Assembly (NCBI GenBank): GCA_963691875.1
Contig: OY829846.1
Span: forward strand, 1,824,001 to 1,888,000
DNA length: 64,000 nucleotides
Direction: 5' to 3'
Source of the DNA: Aureliella sp.
GTDB lineage: Bacteria > Planctomycetota > Planctomycetia > Pirellulales > Pirellulaceae
Shown here: piece by piece, positions 51,601 to 60,941 of the stretch
Numbering within the stretch: position 1 is the first letter of the stretch
How the letters are laid out: each line of letters starts with the position of its first letter
Program-made: the position numbers and the translations under genes
The notes under the pieces: model-generated
What the model was told of the DNA's origin: nothing
Seen by the model: only the letters and a program-made list of their open reading frames with translations
Database searches by the model: none

Positions 51601-52813
51601 CCAGGCTGGCACTGAATGGACTTCTCGGATTTCGTCGCATTCGCGATTCGCGTTCGGATTGTTCAGCGCTTGGCTTTTCTCGCTCGCCGTAGGTCAACTC
51701 AAGCTTTATTGTTTCGCCGCCTCGACGAACGTCCCAAGTAGAATTGTCGCCCGACTGTTTGGCACGAATTGCCTTTTGCAATTCGTTGTAATCGTAGACA
51801 CTTTTCCCGTCGACGCTCACCACGATATCGTCAACTTTCAATCTGGCCTTGCTGGCGGCAGTGTTGCGAGATATCTGCGTGATCTTGGCACCGACTTCTG
51901 CTGACTCACCGCTGAATCCAACGTAAGGGAACTTCTCAGGAGCTTCACCAATCTTTTCAGTCTCCACGACGGCGTAAATGATCTTTGGATTCTTGCGATA
52001 GATGCTCAGACCGATTCGCCCCATCTTCACTTGAGGCAAACCGATGCTCATCTTCTCAAACGTCCTGCCCCCATCCGTCGTGCGATAGATACCGGCGCCT
52101 TCGCCAAACTTGACCTCGGGATCATTCCCATCGAACCCATCGCGTTTCCGCACGTAAGTCGCGACAAGCAGTGTGTCCGGATTGCGCTGATTCATCTGCA
52201 CATCGATGATGCCTGTCTTGTCGTCGACGTACAGGATTTTTTCCCACGTCTTTCCGCCATCTTCTGTCTTGTAGAGCCCACGGTCTTCCGATGGTCCCCA
52301 GAGCCTGCCGAGTGCCCCGATATAAACAATGTCTGGATCGGTCGGGTGAATCGCGATGCGACCGGTCTGGAAGATCTTGTTGAGCCCCATGTTCTTCCAA
52401 GTCTTACCGCCGTCGATCGACTTGTAGACTCCGTTGCCCCAGGACACGCTATTGCGCGGATTCCCTTCACCAGTACCTACCCACAGAATGTCCGGATTAC
52501 TCTGGCTTACTTGAACGTCACCGATGGAAACCGTTACCTCAGAATCGAACTGATGTTCGAAGGTGATACCGTTATTGATTGTTTTCAAAAGCCCACCGGA
52601 AGCAGTCGACGCCCACCACCGATTTGGATCCTTTTCATAGACGGCAATCGAAGTGATCCGGCCGCCCATGTTAGCGGGACCGATGCTTCGCCAATTGAAT
52701 TGCGAAACGGCCTCGCTGGAAAGACTTGGAATGGCTTTCGAACTCTCTTGAGCAAGACAGCATGGTGCGGCTGCTAGGGCAAGAAGGCAGAGGCAAGCAA
52801 CGTTGGATCGCAT
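48671..52813 (-). CDS. Secreted BNR/VPS10-like propeller protein with inserted PDZ, EF-hand pair, Lys/Glu-rich linker and a small beta domain
   Basis: 'WRSIGPANMGGRI', Asp-box repeats, 'HVDHHALW', 'GGLQDNGSW'; PDZ 'AKITQISRNTAASKARLKVDDIVVSVDG'; EF-hands 'DRNKDGFIGKDE' and 'DKNEDGKLAKDE'. Confidence 0.88.
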   Translation of the reverse strand: MRSNVACLCLLALAAAPCCLAQESSKAIPSLSSEAVSQFNWRSIGPANMGGRITSIAVYEKDPNRWWASTASGGLLKTINNGITFEHQFDSEVTVSIGDVQVSQSNPDILWVGTGEGNPRNSVSWGNGVYKSIDGGKTWKNMGLNKIFQTGRIAIHPTDPDIVYIGALGRLWGPSEDRGLYKTEDGGKTWEKILYVDDKTGIIDVQMNQRNPDTLLVATYVRKRDGFDGNDPEVKFGEGAGIYRTTDGGRTFEKMSIGLPQVKMGRIGLSIYRKNPKIIYAVVETEKIGEAPEKFPYVGFSGESAEVGAKITQISRNTAASKARLKVDDIVVSVDGKSVYDYNELQKAIRAKQSGDNSTWDVRRGGETIKLELTYGEREKPSAEQSERESRMRRNPRSPFSASLGGQLQNLQGQQGSDEKNYGGVYQSKDGGVTWKRINSVNPRPMYYSQIRVDPSDNSYIYVLGTSLYRTKDGGEVFTGDGASSDVHVDHHALWVDPRDGRHMILGNDGGLYVTYDRMENWDHHNHVAIGQFYHVGISSDDNYYAYGGLQDNGSWGGPTRVRDTSGPMNSDWYRVGSGDGFVTLVDPKDPKQIYFESQNGGMGRIHLETGERGFIQPRPPRGTRYRFNWKTPYILSPHNSEIHYSAGNHVFKSVRKGDRTRAISPEFTLTDKGAGSAISESPRVAGVLYVGSTDGALWMTKDDGKSWVNLRDEKSIEESKKSDKATSSRSFANSLGSGRTAQTGSGRRPSGTIASRMSQLLERLDRNKDGFIGKDELPANMRPMLQRFDKNEDGKLAKDELPQTRSVQDSMPEGVGPKKTEAQPAAAGKPKADPRIGEKAEPKKTQAKKREAHKETASGDEKSTKPSKEKNGTGKKKQGKAPESNPDKPAADKPRVEKSQRANMTEATNAEVKKPVAKKSAQEKPAQEKPTVKKAESKDSKAMEMAKEKPKKPVEEKASEENPSKDDKVSGTYEGAFTGSNIPGDSSLEIVLKLQADNSLKGTYSTARSDGDIDGGEYNPGTGEVNFSAASETANLDFKAKLSGSMMTGVIEINGGSFSIEFEVKRSAPGVNGPEEAGPKTSPLSELVPEPRWVSSLTASKFSDSRCYVTFDGHRSNDDEPYLFVSEDYGASWRSIRANLPSLAGSTRVLREDIENENVLYLGCEFSIWVSIDRGESWTKLNSNLPTVAVHEIAQHPTRGEIVAGTHGRSLWVADVSALRQLSKETLAAAVTLYEPQKVIRWRSTVRRGSSGTRQFVGENPDSGAKIYYSLARNVRSAKLEITSLLGETLLDRDVATSAGLHVESWDLRSSGRSRRSSSTGEYLVTLTVDGQVQKQKLSVVDDPEFASSARAEDELEFWEHFLGLLQEESYEGKELIEQ
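50022..50051. repeat. Exact 15-bp tandem duplication (GGTTTTTCCTGAGCC)x2 encoding AQEKP-AQEKP
   Basis: Read directly from the sequence, inside the low-complexity linker of the 1380-aa gene. Confidence 0.8.
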
Positions 52814-53138
52814 GGGATGTTCCGGCGTGAGAGTGTTAGTTCAGGCAACAGCTAGTTTGGCGGCTAGCGGAACTCGACAAGAGTTTCGGCCTAGAGCCAA
52901 CCAATTGCATGAGGGAACAGCCCGAACGAGACGCGAGTGGTCTCAGCAAATACAGACTTTCGAATCTAGTCAGCTCGGCAAGCGTCTGCAATTGCCGCTA
53001 CTGGAAACACAGCAAGAATTAGTCCAAACGGGAGCTATCAAACCTGAAGCCTTTCCATAACTCCATGTCCCAGCCAGAAGACTTAAGAATCCTTCAAGAA
53101 GAAAACACATTTCCCTGCACCGAATTAACGGCGACAGC

Positions 53139-54434
53139 TCACTTTTTCCATACCGGCCCATCTGGAAAACTAAACGCGGCGATCGACTCCGGCCTCATTG
53201 TCGCACTGTAGCCAGGAGCCGTAGGTGGCATGTAGCGTCCGCCTTGCATCACGATCGGATCCACAAAGTGTTCGTGCAAGTGATCAGCATATTCCGTGAT
53301 GCGATCTTCTAAACTGGCCGCCACGCAGATGTAATCGATCATCGCCAAGTGCTGCACGTACTCGCACAAGCCGACACCGCCAGCATGCGGGCACACGGGC
53401 ACATCGAATTTCTTCGCCATAAGTTGCACAGCGAGAACTTCGTTCACACCGCCGAGTCGGCAGCTATCAATTTGACAGACCTGCAAGCCATCAGCTTGCA
53501 AGAACTGCTTGAACATCACGCGATTGTGGCACATTTCTCCGGTTGCCACTTTGATCGGTGCTACAGCCTTGGCGATTGCAGCGTGCCCAAGGATGTCGTC
53601 TGGCGAAGTTGGCTCTTCGATGAACCAGGGCTTGAACTCGGCCAAGTGCCTCATGTGTTCAATGGCCGTATCGACGTCCCAAACTTGATTCGCATCGACC
53701 ATCAAACGCTTGTCCCAGCCAATCTCTTCGCGAATGATGCGGCAGCGTCGAATATCATCTTCAATGTCCCGACCGACCTTGATCTTAAAGTGCGACCAAC
53801 CACGAGCCATCAAGCTGCGACACAGCTCTCGTAGCTTGTCATCCGAGTAGCCTAACCAACCAGCCGAAGTCGTGTAGGAAGGGTAGCCCTGACTCTGCAT
53901 TTCAGACACGCGATCCGCTCGTGTGGCATAATTTTGCTCCAGCAACTCCAGAGCCTCTTCCGGTCGCAGAGCATCGCTGATGTACCGAAAGTCGATACAG
54001 TCGACTTGCTGCTGTGGACTCATATCGCAAACGAGTTGCCAAAGCGGTTTTCCTTCGACTTTGGCGTAAAGATCCCACCAGGCATTCACGACAGCCGCAG
54101 TCGCCAGATGAATCACCCCTTTTTCAGGGCCGACCCAACGCAGCTGACTATCACCGTTGAGATGACGCCAGAATTTGCCCGGGTTCTCCCGAAAACGATC
54201 TAGGCTCTGGCCAACAATCAATGGCTCCAGCGACTTGATCGCCGCGGCGCACAGCTCGTTGCCTCGGCCAATCGTAAACGTCAAGCCGCTTCCTTGGTGC
54301 TGTCCATCCGTATGCAGCGTCACGTAGGCGCAGGAGTAATCCGGATCTGGGTTCATTGCATCGGAACCATCGAGTTGCTCCGAGGTAGGAAATCTCAGGT
54401 CGTGAACTTCGATGCTTTGGACAGTTGTTGACAA
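53139..54434 (-). CDS. fucD: L-fuconate dehydratase (enolase superfamily)
   Basis: 'DLRFPTS..LDGSDAMNPDPDYS', 'FTIGRGNE', 'DSQLRWVGPEKG', 'YTTSAGWLGY', KxK 'FKIKVG', 'CPHAGGVGLCE'. Confidence 0.93.
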   Translation of the reverse strand: MSTTVQSIEVHDLRFPTSEQLDGSDAMNPDPDYSCAYVTLHTDGQHQGSGLTFTIGRGNELCAAAIKSLEPLIVGQSLDRFRENPGKFWRHLNGDSQLRWVGPEKGVIHLATAAVVNAWWDLYAKVEGKPLWQLVCDMSPQQQVDCIDFRYISDALRPEEALELLEQNYATRADRVSEMQSQGYPSYTTSAGWLGYSDDKLRELCRSLMARGWSHFKIKVGRDIEDDIRRCRIIREEIGWDKRLMVDANQVWDVDTAIEHMRHLAEFKPWFIEEPTSPDDILGHAAIAKAVAPIKVATGEMCHNRVMFKQFLQADGLQVCQIDSCRLGGVNEVLAVQLMAKKFDVPVCPHAGGVGLCEYVQHLAMIDYICVAASLEDRITEYADHLHEHFVDPIVMQGGRYMPPTAPGYSATMRPESIAAFSFPDGPVWKK

Positions 54435-54557
54435 GATGAGTTCTCGAGAGGAGTTAGCTAAAACGAAAGGATTGACTGAATGCTATCCGAAGCGATGTTA
54501 AGATAAAAGCTGGGTGCAACTGGTTTGAGATTCATCCACTACACGGGATCAAGCTCC

Positions 54558-56351
54558 ATGCGACTGCGAATGCTGCTGACAGGCCTTCTGTTTTTTGCGT
54601 CACAATCGCTCGTGGCGCAGGCTCACACTCAATCCAAAACCAAGCAGAAACCGCATCCTGACGCGCTACCGAACAGGCACAAGCTGGGAGAGGTCGACCG
54701 TCCGGAGCTCGTGGCCTCCATCGTCGCTCATCCAAGTCAACTCGCTGGATTGGTGATCGACGAAACCGACGCGGAACTTGTCGGCGAATGGCAGTACTCG
54801 ACGCACACACCGCCATACTTCGGGCTAGGCTATCTGCATGATCGAAAAAGCAACAAAGGTGATAGCTCCGCTACTTTTCGTTTTCACGTCCCCATCACCG
54901 GTGAGTACGAGGCCCGCGTTTCACATTGCTACAACGTTCGCCGTGCGACGAATACACCTGTCACCATCAAACATGCGGATGGTACGAAGAACCTGAAAAT
55001 TAACCAACAAGAGCAACCCAACCACGACAAGCTGTTTCGCTCTCTGGGCACCTTCCGTTTTGACGCTCACCAGGAATCCTTCGTTAGATTCTCCAACGAA
55101 GGCACTGAGGGCAAGTATGTAATTGTTGACGCGGTCCAGCAACTGCCGGTTTCGACGGCTCGTTATCCGAAGCAGCCGGTTCAAGATCTCGGTGCAACCG
55201 CTGGCGGCAGGTATCGCGTCAAAACTGACACAGCAACCCTAATTCCTTTTCGCGTCACGATTCCTGGTACTAAAGTTCGCTTCCAGATGGTCCCGATTCC
55301 TGGCCGCAAAGCCAACGATGACAAACCCGCCGTCGGGCCATTCTGGATGGCTACTTGTGAAGTCACTTGGGCAGAGTTCCATGAGTTTATGAAGTTGCAT
55401 ACATTGCTTCACAAACTGCGACAGCAACGCAGGAATATCGATCCGGTAGAAGACCAACATCAAATTGACGCAGTCACTGCACCTACTCCAATTTACGACC
55501 CGACATATCAATTCCATTCAGCAAAAGCAGCTGACTACCCTGCTAACGCGATGACACGATATTCCCCGCGACAATACACGAAATGGCTGAGCCTCATTAC
55601 CGGGCTTTCTTTTCGCTTGGCCACAACAGACGAATGGGAGCACGCGTGTCTGGCTGGCACGAAGGGGCCGTTCCATTTTGGCGATCTCAGCGAAGCGAAA
55701 GATTTCGCGTTCTACAACGGAAAACTTGAAAACTCAGGACGCACGGCAAGCGAGAAGGCTAGCTTCCTAGACTTCAGGCCCCAAGCGGTTGGCAAGTTGA
55801 AGCCCAATGCATGGGGACTCTACGACATGCACGGCAATGTACCCGAGTGGGTCGTCGACCGAAAGCTGATTCAAAACCATCATCAATGGCTCACAGAATA
55901 CTTTGAACCGACTAGTGCAAGTAGTGAGGAGAGTTGGGAGAAGAATGTCACCCAGATGTACCACATGGGAGGCTCATGCTTGGAACCACTAAGCAAAAGC
56001 AGCGCTTCGCTTATCCAGACTGCCTCGAGAGAGTATTGGATTGATGATCCATGCCTCCCCGTCAGCTCATGGTGGTTCGCTCCCGAATCCCACACTCCAG
56101 GATTCCGAATAGTCTGTTCACTTGGCACCGAGAATCGCTCTGAACTCGAAGCATTCTGGGGCCCTGATTCCGAAGGACTAACTAGTGACCTCATCGCTAC
56201 ACTCGAAATGGGTAGGACTGAGGGAGTCGTACCAAACGAGCCCGCAGTTCTTCAGCAACTTCGCTCAGAGACCTCTTTTAGGAGAAGTCCTTGGGAATTC
56301 TACGAGGAATACCAGCAACGAATTGAGAGAAGGAGAAACCGCGAGCGGTAG
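54558..56351 (+). CDS. Secreted fusion: golvesin/xanthan-lyase-C-terminal-like beta domain + FGE-sulfatase (SUMF1-like) domain
   Basis: 'GEWQYST..GYLHD..KG', 'RATNTPVTIKHADG', 'YVIVDAVQ'; then 'FWMATCEVTWAEF', 'FRLATTDEWEHAC', 'PNAWGLYDMHGNVPEW', 'GFRIV'. Start set to ATG 54558. Confidence 0.8.
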   Translation: MRLRMLLTGLLFFASQSLVAQAHTQSKTKQKPHPDALPNRHKLGEVDRPELVASIVAHPSQLAGLVIDETDAELVGEWQYSTHTPPYFGLGYLHDRKSNKGDSSATFRFHVPITGEYEARVSHCYNVRRATNTPVTIKHADGTKNLKINQQEQPNHDKLFRSLGTFRFDAHQESFVRFSNEGTEGKYVIVDAVQQLPVSTARYPKQPVQDLGATAGGRYRVKTDTATLIPFRVTIPGTKVRFQMVPIPGRKANDDKPAVGPFWMATCEVTWAEFHEFMKLHTLLHKLRQQRRNIDPVEDQHQIDAVTAPTPIYDPTYQFHSAKAADYPANAMTRYSPRQYTKWLSLITGLSFRLATTDEWEHACLAGTKGPFHFGDLSEAKDFAFYNGKLENSGRTASEKASFLDFRPQAVGKLKPNAWGLYDMHGNVPEWVVDRKLIQNHHQWLTEYFEPTSASSEESWEKNVTQMYHMGGSCLEPLSKSSASLIQTASREYWIDDPCLPVSSWWFAPESHTPGFRIVCSLGTENRSELEAFWGPDSEGLTSDLIATLEMGRTEGVVPNEPAVLQQLRSETSFRRSPWEFYEEYQQRIERRRNRER

Positions 56352-56513
56352 CTGCCACTCAAGCATAAGTGCTTGATTATTATTCATTTGCCGCGCATCG
56401 TTTAGAATGTCTGCCTTGGAAGCAGCCGCAAACCGAATGACTAAAATGACAAATGTCGATTCCGCTTGTTTAAACTGCTCCTCTTCCATACCACCGTTCT
56501 TCATATTGGTCAC

Positions 56514-57482
56514 ATGATGAAATTTCCCCGCCAATTCTCCGCTCTCATTCTCGCTGTTCCCTTGATGTCATTGCTGGCAGCCCCAGGGAAGCTCCAAGCT
56601 CAAGAGCCTGAAAAACCCCGGATGCTCTTTGTCACGCAGAGCAAGGGGTTTGTACACAATCCAGTGAAGCGAAAAAGTGCGGAGCGAAGCGGTGCCGAAC
56701 TGGCCATGATGCAGTTGGCGAAAGACACCGGCCAATTCACGGTGGCTTGCACCCAGAATGTCGAAGTTGACTTTACGGCGGAAAACTTGGAGAACTTCGA
56801 TATCGTTGCCTTCTACACCACCGGCAAGCTTCCGATCTCGCCAGAGACCTTTGAATTCTTTCTGAAGAAGTGGTTGCCGCAGAAAGGTAAAGGGGTAATG
56901 GGCTTCCATTCCGCTACCGATACCTTCAAGGACTTTGAACCGTACTGGGACTTGATGGGCGGAACCTTCAATGGGCACCCATGGGGAGCCAACTCGACTG
57001 TCACGATGCAAATCCATGATCTCGACCATCCTGGCATGAAGCCTTTCGGCGCCGAACAGTTCGAGTTTAAAGATGAGATTTACCAGTACAATCACTGGCA
57101 ACCGGAGAAAGTGCATCTTTTGATGAGCCTGGACATGGAGCACACGCAACTGAAGCGTCCGTACCATGTTCCCGTTGCTTGGTGCAAGAAAATAGGTGAA
57201 GGCAAACTGTTCTACAACAACATGGGACACCGTGACGATACTTGGACCAACAAGGCTTTCCTTGGTTCGATCACCGGAGCCGTTCGTTGGATCGCTGGTA
57301 AAGAGAAGGGCGATGCCACTCCGAATCCAGAAGTGTCGGCTGCTCAGCAAAAGGCCTCCGAAGAATTCGCCGCGGCAGCAGGTGTTACTTCCGCGAAGCT
57401 AGAGGCGGAAAAGAAGGTCAAAGCCGCTGCCGCAGCAGCTCGACGGGCTGCGAAAGAAAAGCAGAAGAAGGCTGGCAAGTAA
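56514..57482 (+). CDS. ThuA-like domain protein, secreted
   Basis: 'FVTQSKGFVH', 'FYTTG', 'GFHSATDT', 'GGTFNGHPW', 'DEIYQ', 'PVAWCK..GEGKLFYNNMGH'. Start set to ATG 56514. Confidence 0.9.
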   Translation: MMKFPRQFSALILAVPLMSLLAAPGKLQAQEPEKPRMLFVTQSKGFVHNPVKRKSAERSGAELAMMQLAKDTGQFTVACTQNVEVDFTAENLENFDIVAFYTTGKLPISPETFEFFLKKWLPQKGKGVMGFHSATDTFKDFEPYWDLMGGTFNGHPWGANSTVTMQIHDLDHPGMKPFGAEQFEFKDEIYQYNHWQPEKVHLLMSLDMEHTQLKRPYHVPVAWCKKIGEGKLFYNNMGHRDDTWTNKAFLGSITGAVRWIAGKEKGDATPNPEVSAAQQKASEEFAAAAGVTSAKLEAEKKVKAAAAAARRAAKEKQKKAGK

Positions 57483-57497
57483 GCCAGAATTTGCTCC

Positions 57498-59582
57498 ATG
57501 AAACTAATGGATTCCATGCGAATAACGCTTCGCCCATTCTGCTTGGCTGACTCAGTTGGCGTCTGTTTCCTTTCGTTGGCCTTTCTGACTCCGTTCCTCG
57601 GTGGAAGTTTAGCAGCGGCAGAAGACACAGCCCAGTCTGTAATGCTCAAGGGCAAGTCGGCGCAACTTGTGCGGAATTACTGCATCGATTGTCATTCTGG
57701 CGACGATCCCGAAGGCGACTTTCTGATTGCGACTGCTGACGAGGCGAAGACGCCAAAGGACGTCGAGCCTGCACATTGGCTCAAACTAATCAATGTGCTC
57801 AAGACGCGAAGCATGCCTCCCTCCGATTCGGAACGACCTGCGGACGAAGAGTATCTCTCGACCGTCGAAGAGTTGCAGATGACTCTACACGAAGAACTCC
57901 AAGAGCTACCAATTCCGACAACTCCAATTCGGCGGATGAATCGAGCTCAGTACGCGAACGCGGTTCAAGATCTCTTTCGGCTCAATGTAGAAGTCTTCGC
58001 TTTGCCGGAGAAGATGGCGCGCGACTACGGCTACTACAAACCGGCTTCAGGCAAGATGGCAGACTCGCTTAAAGTGGGAAGTCGTCCTCTTGGCAAATCG
58101 CAGTTGATCGGAAAAAGGCTGGCCGGTGTTGCTCCTTTCCCACAGGATCTGCGTGCCGAGCATGGGTTTGATAATCGCGGCGAGTTGTTGACTTTATCAC
58201 CTCTGTTGTTGGAGTCATTTCTGAGGCTTAGCAAGTCGATCGTCGAGAGCCCCGACTTTGGGCCTAAGAACGTCGGGATCTGGGCCGAATGTTTTGCGAC
58301 ACCCGCTGGATGGAAGAGCCTCTCACGCGACGACCAAAATATTTTGCTTCGAGAACGTATTCAAGAATTACTTCGGGTCGCTTTCCGCAGAAGTGTCGAA
58401 ACTAAGATCCTCGACCGTTACGTGGACTACGCTGCCGACCAGATAGCAAAGGAGCAAGAATTTTCGGAGGTCATGAAATCCGTCGCGTCGGCGGTGCTCG
58501 CCTCGCCCAAATTCTTTTACTTGAACGATGCATCTGCGGCGAATTCCGATGAAGCTTCGAACAACTTCACGCTCGCCTCGCGGTTGTCGTTCTTCCTGTG
58601 GGGCAGCATTCCAGACGGGACGCTATTGGATCTAGCGGCGAATGGAGAACTGCGAAAAACAGAAGTATTGCGTGAACAAGTTCAGCGAATGATCGAAGAC
58701 CCGCGTTCCAAGCGATTTTGCGATAGTTTTCCTGCTCAGTGGTTGCAGCTTGAACGCATTGTTTCGTCGGTGCCGGACAGACAGCTCTTCCCCGATTTCT
58801 ACTTTGCGAAGTTCCGGGCGAGTATGCACATGATGTTGGAACCATTGCTGGTCTTCGAAACGATCTTGGTCGAAAACCGATCGATCCTGGAGCTGGTGCA
58901 TTCCGATTTCAGCTATCGCTCCGACTTGCTCACCAAGTGGTATCAAGGTGGTCGTGGCAGTACCCCGCCCACTGCGATTCCTTTCTCAAGAGTGAAAGTA
59001 GACGATATTCGCCAAGGCGGCGTAATCACCACTCTTGCCGCCATGACGATGACTTCATCGCCGACTGAAACGAAGCCCATCACGCGCGGAGCCTGGCTGG
59101 CAACCGTGCTATTGAATGATCCGCCCGAGCCACCACCGGCCGACGTCCCGCCACTGCCGAATGACGATCCTGAGCTAGACAAGAAAACAATTCGCGAGCA
59201 GCTGTCGGTTCACCGAGAAAATGCGGCGTGTGCGGGTTGCCACAATCAGCTTGATCCACTCGGTTTCGCCTTTGAAAATTACGACCCCGTTGGACGGTGG
59301 CGAGACAGTTATGAAAACGATCTCGCCATCGACGTAGGCGGAGAATTGTTTGGCCGCTGGTTTCGCAATATCGAAGAATTCAAGCAGATTGTGCTAGCCG
59401 AAGATCGCTTGTTTGCCGAAGCGTTTACCAGACATCTACTCTCCTATGCACTAGGGAGAGCCCTTGAGCCGGTGGACGAGTTGTCGATCGCTGAGATCGT
59501 AGAAAGGTCCAAGGACGATGGATATCCGCTACGACTTGTCTTACAAAACATTGCATCCAGCCCAGCCTTTCTGGGGAATTGA
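57498..59582 (+). CDS. DUF1592/DUF1588/DUF1587/DUF1595/DUF1585 cytochrome-c-type protein
   Basis: 'CIDCHSG', 'RRMNRAQYANAVQDL', 'LASRLSFFLWGSIPD', 'PITRGAW', 'CAGCHNQLDPLGFAFENYD'. Confidence 0.93.
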   Translation: MKLMDSMRITLRPFCLADSVGVCFLSLAFLTPFLGGSLAAAEDTAQSVMLKGKSAQLVRNYCIDCHSGDDPEGDFLIATADEAKTPKDVEPAHWLKLINVLKTRSMPPSDSERPADEEYLSTVEELQMTLHEELQELPIPTTPIRRMNRAQYANAVQDLFRLNVEVFALPEKMARDYGYYKPASGKMADSLKVGSRPLGKSQLIGKRLAGVAPFPQDLRAEHGFDNRGELLTLSPLLLESFLRLSKSIVESPDFGPKNVGIWAECFATPAGWKSLSRDDQNILLRERIQELLRVAFRRSVETKILDRYVDYAADQIAKEQEFSEVMKSVASAVLASPKFFYLNDASAANSDEASNNFTLASRLSFFLWGSIPDGTLLDLAANGELRKTEVLREQVQRMIEDPRSKRFCDSFPAQWLQLERIVSSVPDRQLFPDFYFAKFRASMHMMLEPLLVFETILVENRSILELVHSDFSYRSDLLTKWYQGGRGSTPPTAIPFSRVKVDDIRQGGVITTLAAMTMTSSPTETKPITRGAWLATVLLNDPPEPPPADVPPLPNDDPELDKKTIREQLSVHRENAACAGCHNQLDPLGFAFENYDPVGRWRDSYENDLAIDVGGELFGRWFRNIEEFKQIVLAEDRLFAEAFTRHLLSYALGRALEPVDELSIAEIVERSKDDGYPLRLVLQNIASSPAFLGN

Positions 59583-59594
59583 TAGAGAGTTGCT

Positions 59595-60941
59595 ATGCGT
59601 GACAGAAGACACTTTTTGAAGCTAACGGGCGGCGCGAGCCTCAGCCTGCCTTGGTTCGCGAGTCAAGCGACTGCGAGCTCCAGCAGCGAGAGGAAACCTC
59701 CTCGCAGGCTCGCATTTTTCTATGTGCCAATTGGCGTGGTTCGCAAAGCATTCTTTCCCGGCGAAGCCAACGCATTATTGCCTGCCGGTAACAACTTTGA
59801 TCCGAAGAAGATCACAGGTCGAGAATCTGTGAAACTTGGCGTTCAAGATTTTCCTAACACACCAACACTTGAACCGCTTCAGGAACTGAAAGATAAAGTG
59901 AGTCTAATCACCTCGCTTGATCGTACGTTTCAGATCGGCACGGACGTTCATGCTCAGTGTGCATCCTGCTTCCTGAGTAGTGCGGCTCCCTTCAGTGTTT
60001 CGACTTCAGCCTGGCCACTCGCACGAACTTTAGATCAAATCGTCGCTGATCACATCGGGCAGGATACGCCATTTCGGACGATTGAGATTAGTTGCAATAG
60101 CCACAAGGACAATCGCGAGTCGATCTACTTCGACAACATCTCGTGGTATGGCACCGGGCACGTTGCTCCATCGATTCGCAATCCACGCAAGCTGTACCAA
60201 CGTTTGTTTAGCACAAGTGAAATTGACTCGTTCCGTAATATCACCGATCTTGCCTTGGCCGACGCCAAGGACATGCAGCGTGAACTGGGGCAAGGTGACC
60301 GCCGGAAGTTCGAAGAGTACTTCGAGTCGATCCGTACGATTGAAAAGCAAATGAATCGACTGGAGTCACTCAAATCGGAATTGGCCAATGTGACTTTGGA
60401 GGAACCGACTGATTCGCATTTGCCTCGTGGTGAGTACATTCGACTAATGGGCGACATGATGATTGTCGCTTTGCAGAGCGGACTGACAAACGTCGCTTCG
60501 CTGATGATTGGCCCAGAACGCTGGGACACGCCTTTCTTATTCGAGGGTTTGTTTGAAAAGCCGATGAGCCATCATCAGATGTCGCATAACCAACGCAAGT
60601 TCTCTGAGCAGTTGATTGAGGTCGACAAGTTCCACATGCGGCAATACGCATACATGATCGAGCGGATGAGTGCGATTGAAGAGGCTGACGGAAGCTCGCT
60701 GCTTGACAATACGCTCTTTACCTACGGCTCAGGCTTAGGTGACGGCTCGACGCACCAATACAACGACTTGCCCATCATCGTGGCAGGCAAGGGCGGAGGT
60801 GGTTTCCGGAACGGTATTCACTTGAACTGCGAAGAAAGCACGCCACTAGCGAATCTTTGGCTCACACAGGCTCAAGTGACAGGCGCTGAAATTGAACAAT
60901 TCGCCGACAGCAACGGTACTATCGAATCGCTGCTCGTGTAG
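59595..60941 (+). CDS. DUF1552 (HXXSHH) protein, Tat-exported
   Basis: 'RRHFLK', 'RRLAFFYVPIGV', 'SHHQMSHN', 'SLLDNTLFTYGSG..DG..H', 'PLANLWLT'. Confidence 0.94.
   Translation: MRDRRHFLKLTGGASLSLPWFASQATASSSSERKPPRRLAFFYVPIGVVRKAFFPGEANALLPAGNNFDPKKITGRESVKLGVQDFPNTPTLEPLQELKDKVSLITSLDRTFQIGTDVHAQCASCFLSSAAPFSVSTSAWPLARTLDQIVADHIGQDTPFRTIEISCNSHKDNRESIYFDNISWYGTGHVAPSIRNPRKLYQRLFSTSEIDSFRNITDLALADAKDMQRELGQGDRRKFEEYFESIRTIEKQMNRLESLKSELANVTLEEPTDSHLPRGEYIRLMGDMMIVALQSGLTNVASLMIGPERWDTPFLFEGLFEKPMSHHQMSHNQRKFSEQLIEVDKFHMRQYAYMIERMSAIEEADGSSLLDNTLFTYGSGLGDGSTHQYNDLPIIVAGKGGGGFRNGIHLNCEESTPLANLWLTQAQVTGAEIEQFADSNGTIESLLV

Noticed and set aside
52814..53138. 325-bp intergenic region upstream of the 1380-aa gene
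   Set aside because: No convincing riboswitch, tRNA fold or coding signal seen; probably promoter and UTR.
54558..56351. FGE-domain gene as a true sulfatase-maturing enzyme or a DGR target
   Set aside because: It lacks the FGE catalytic cysteine motif, and I saw no reverse transcriptase or template-repeat copy in the window.
56568..57350. 260-aa minus-strand ORF
   Set aside because: Antisense shadow of the ThuA gene with no motifs. The same applies to 36824-37627, 52031-52777, 33727-34293 and the many other short overlapping ORFs.
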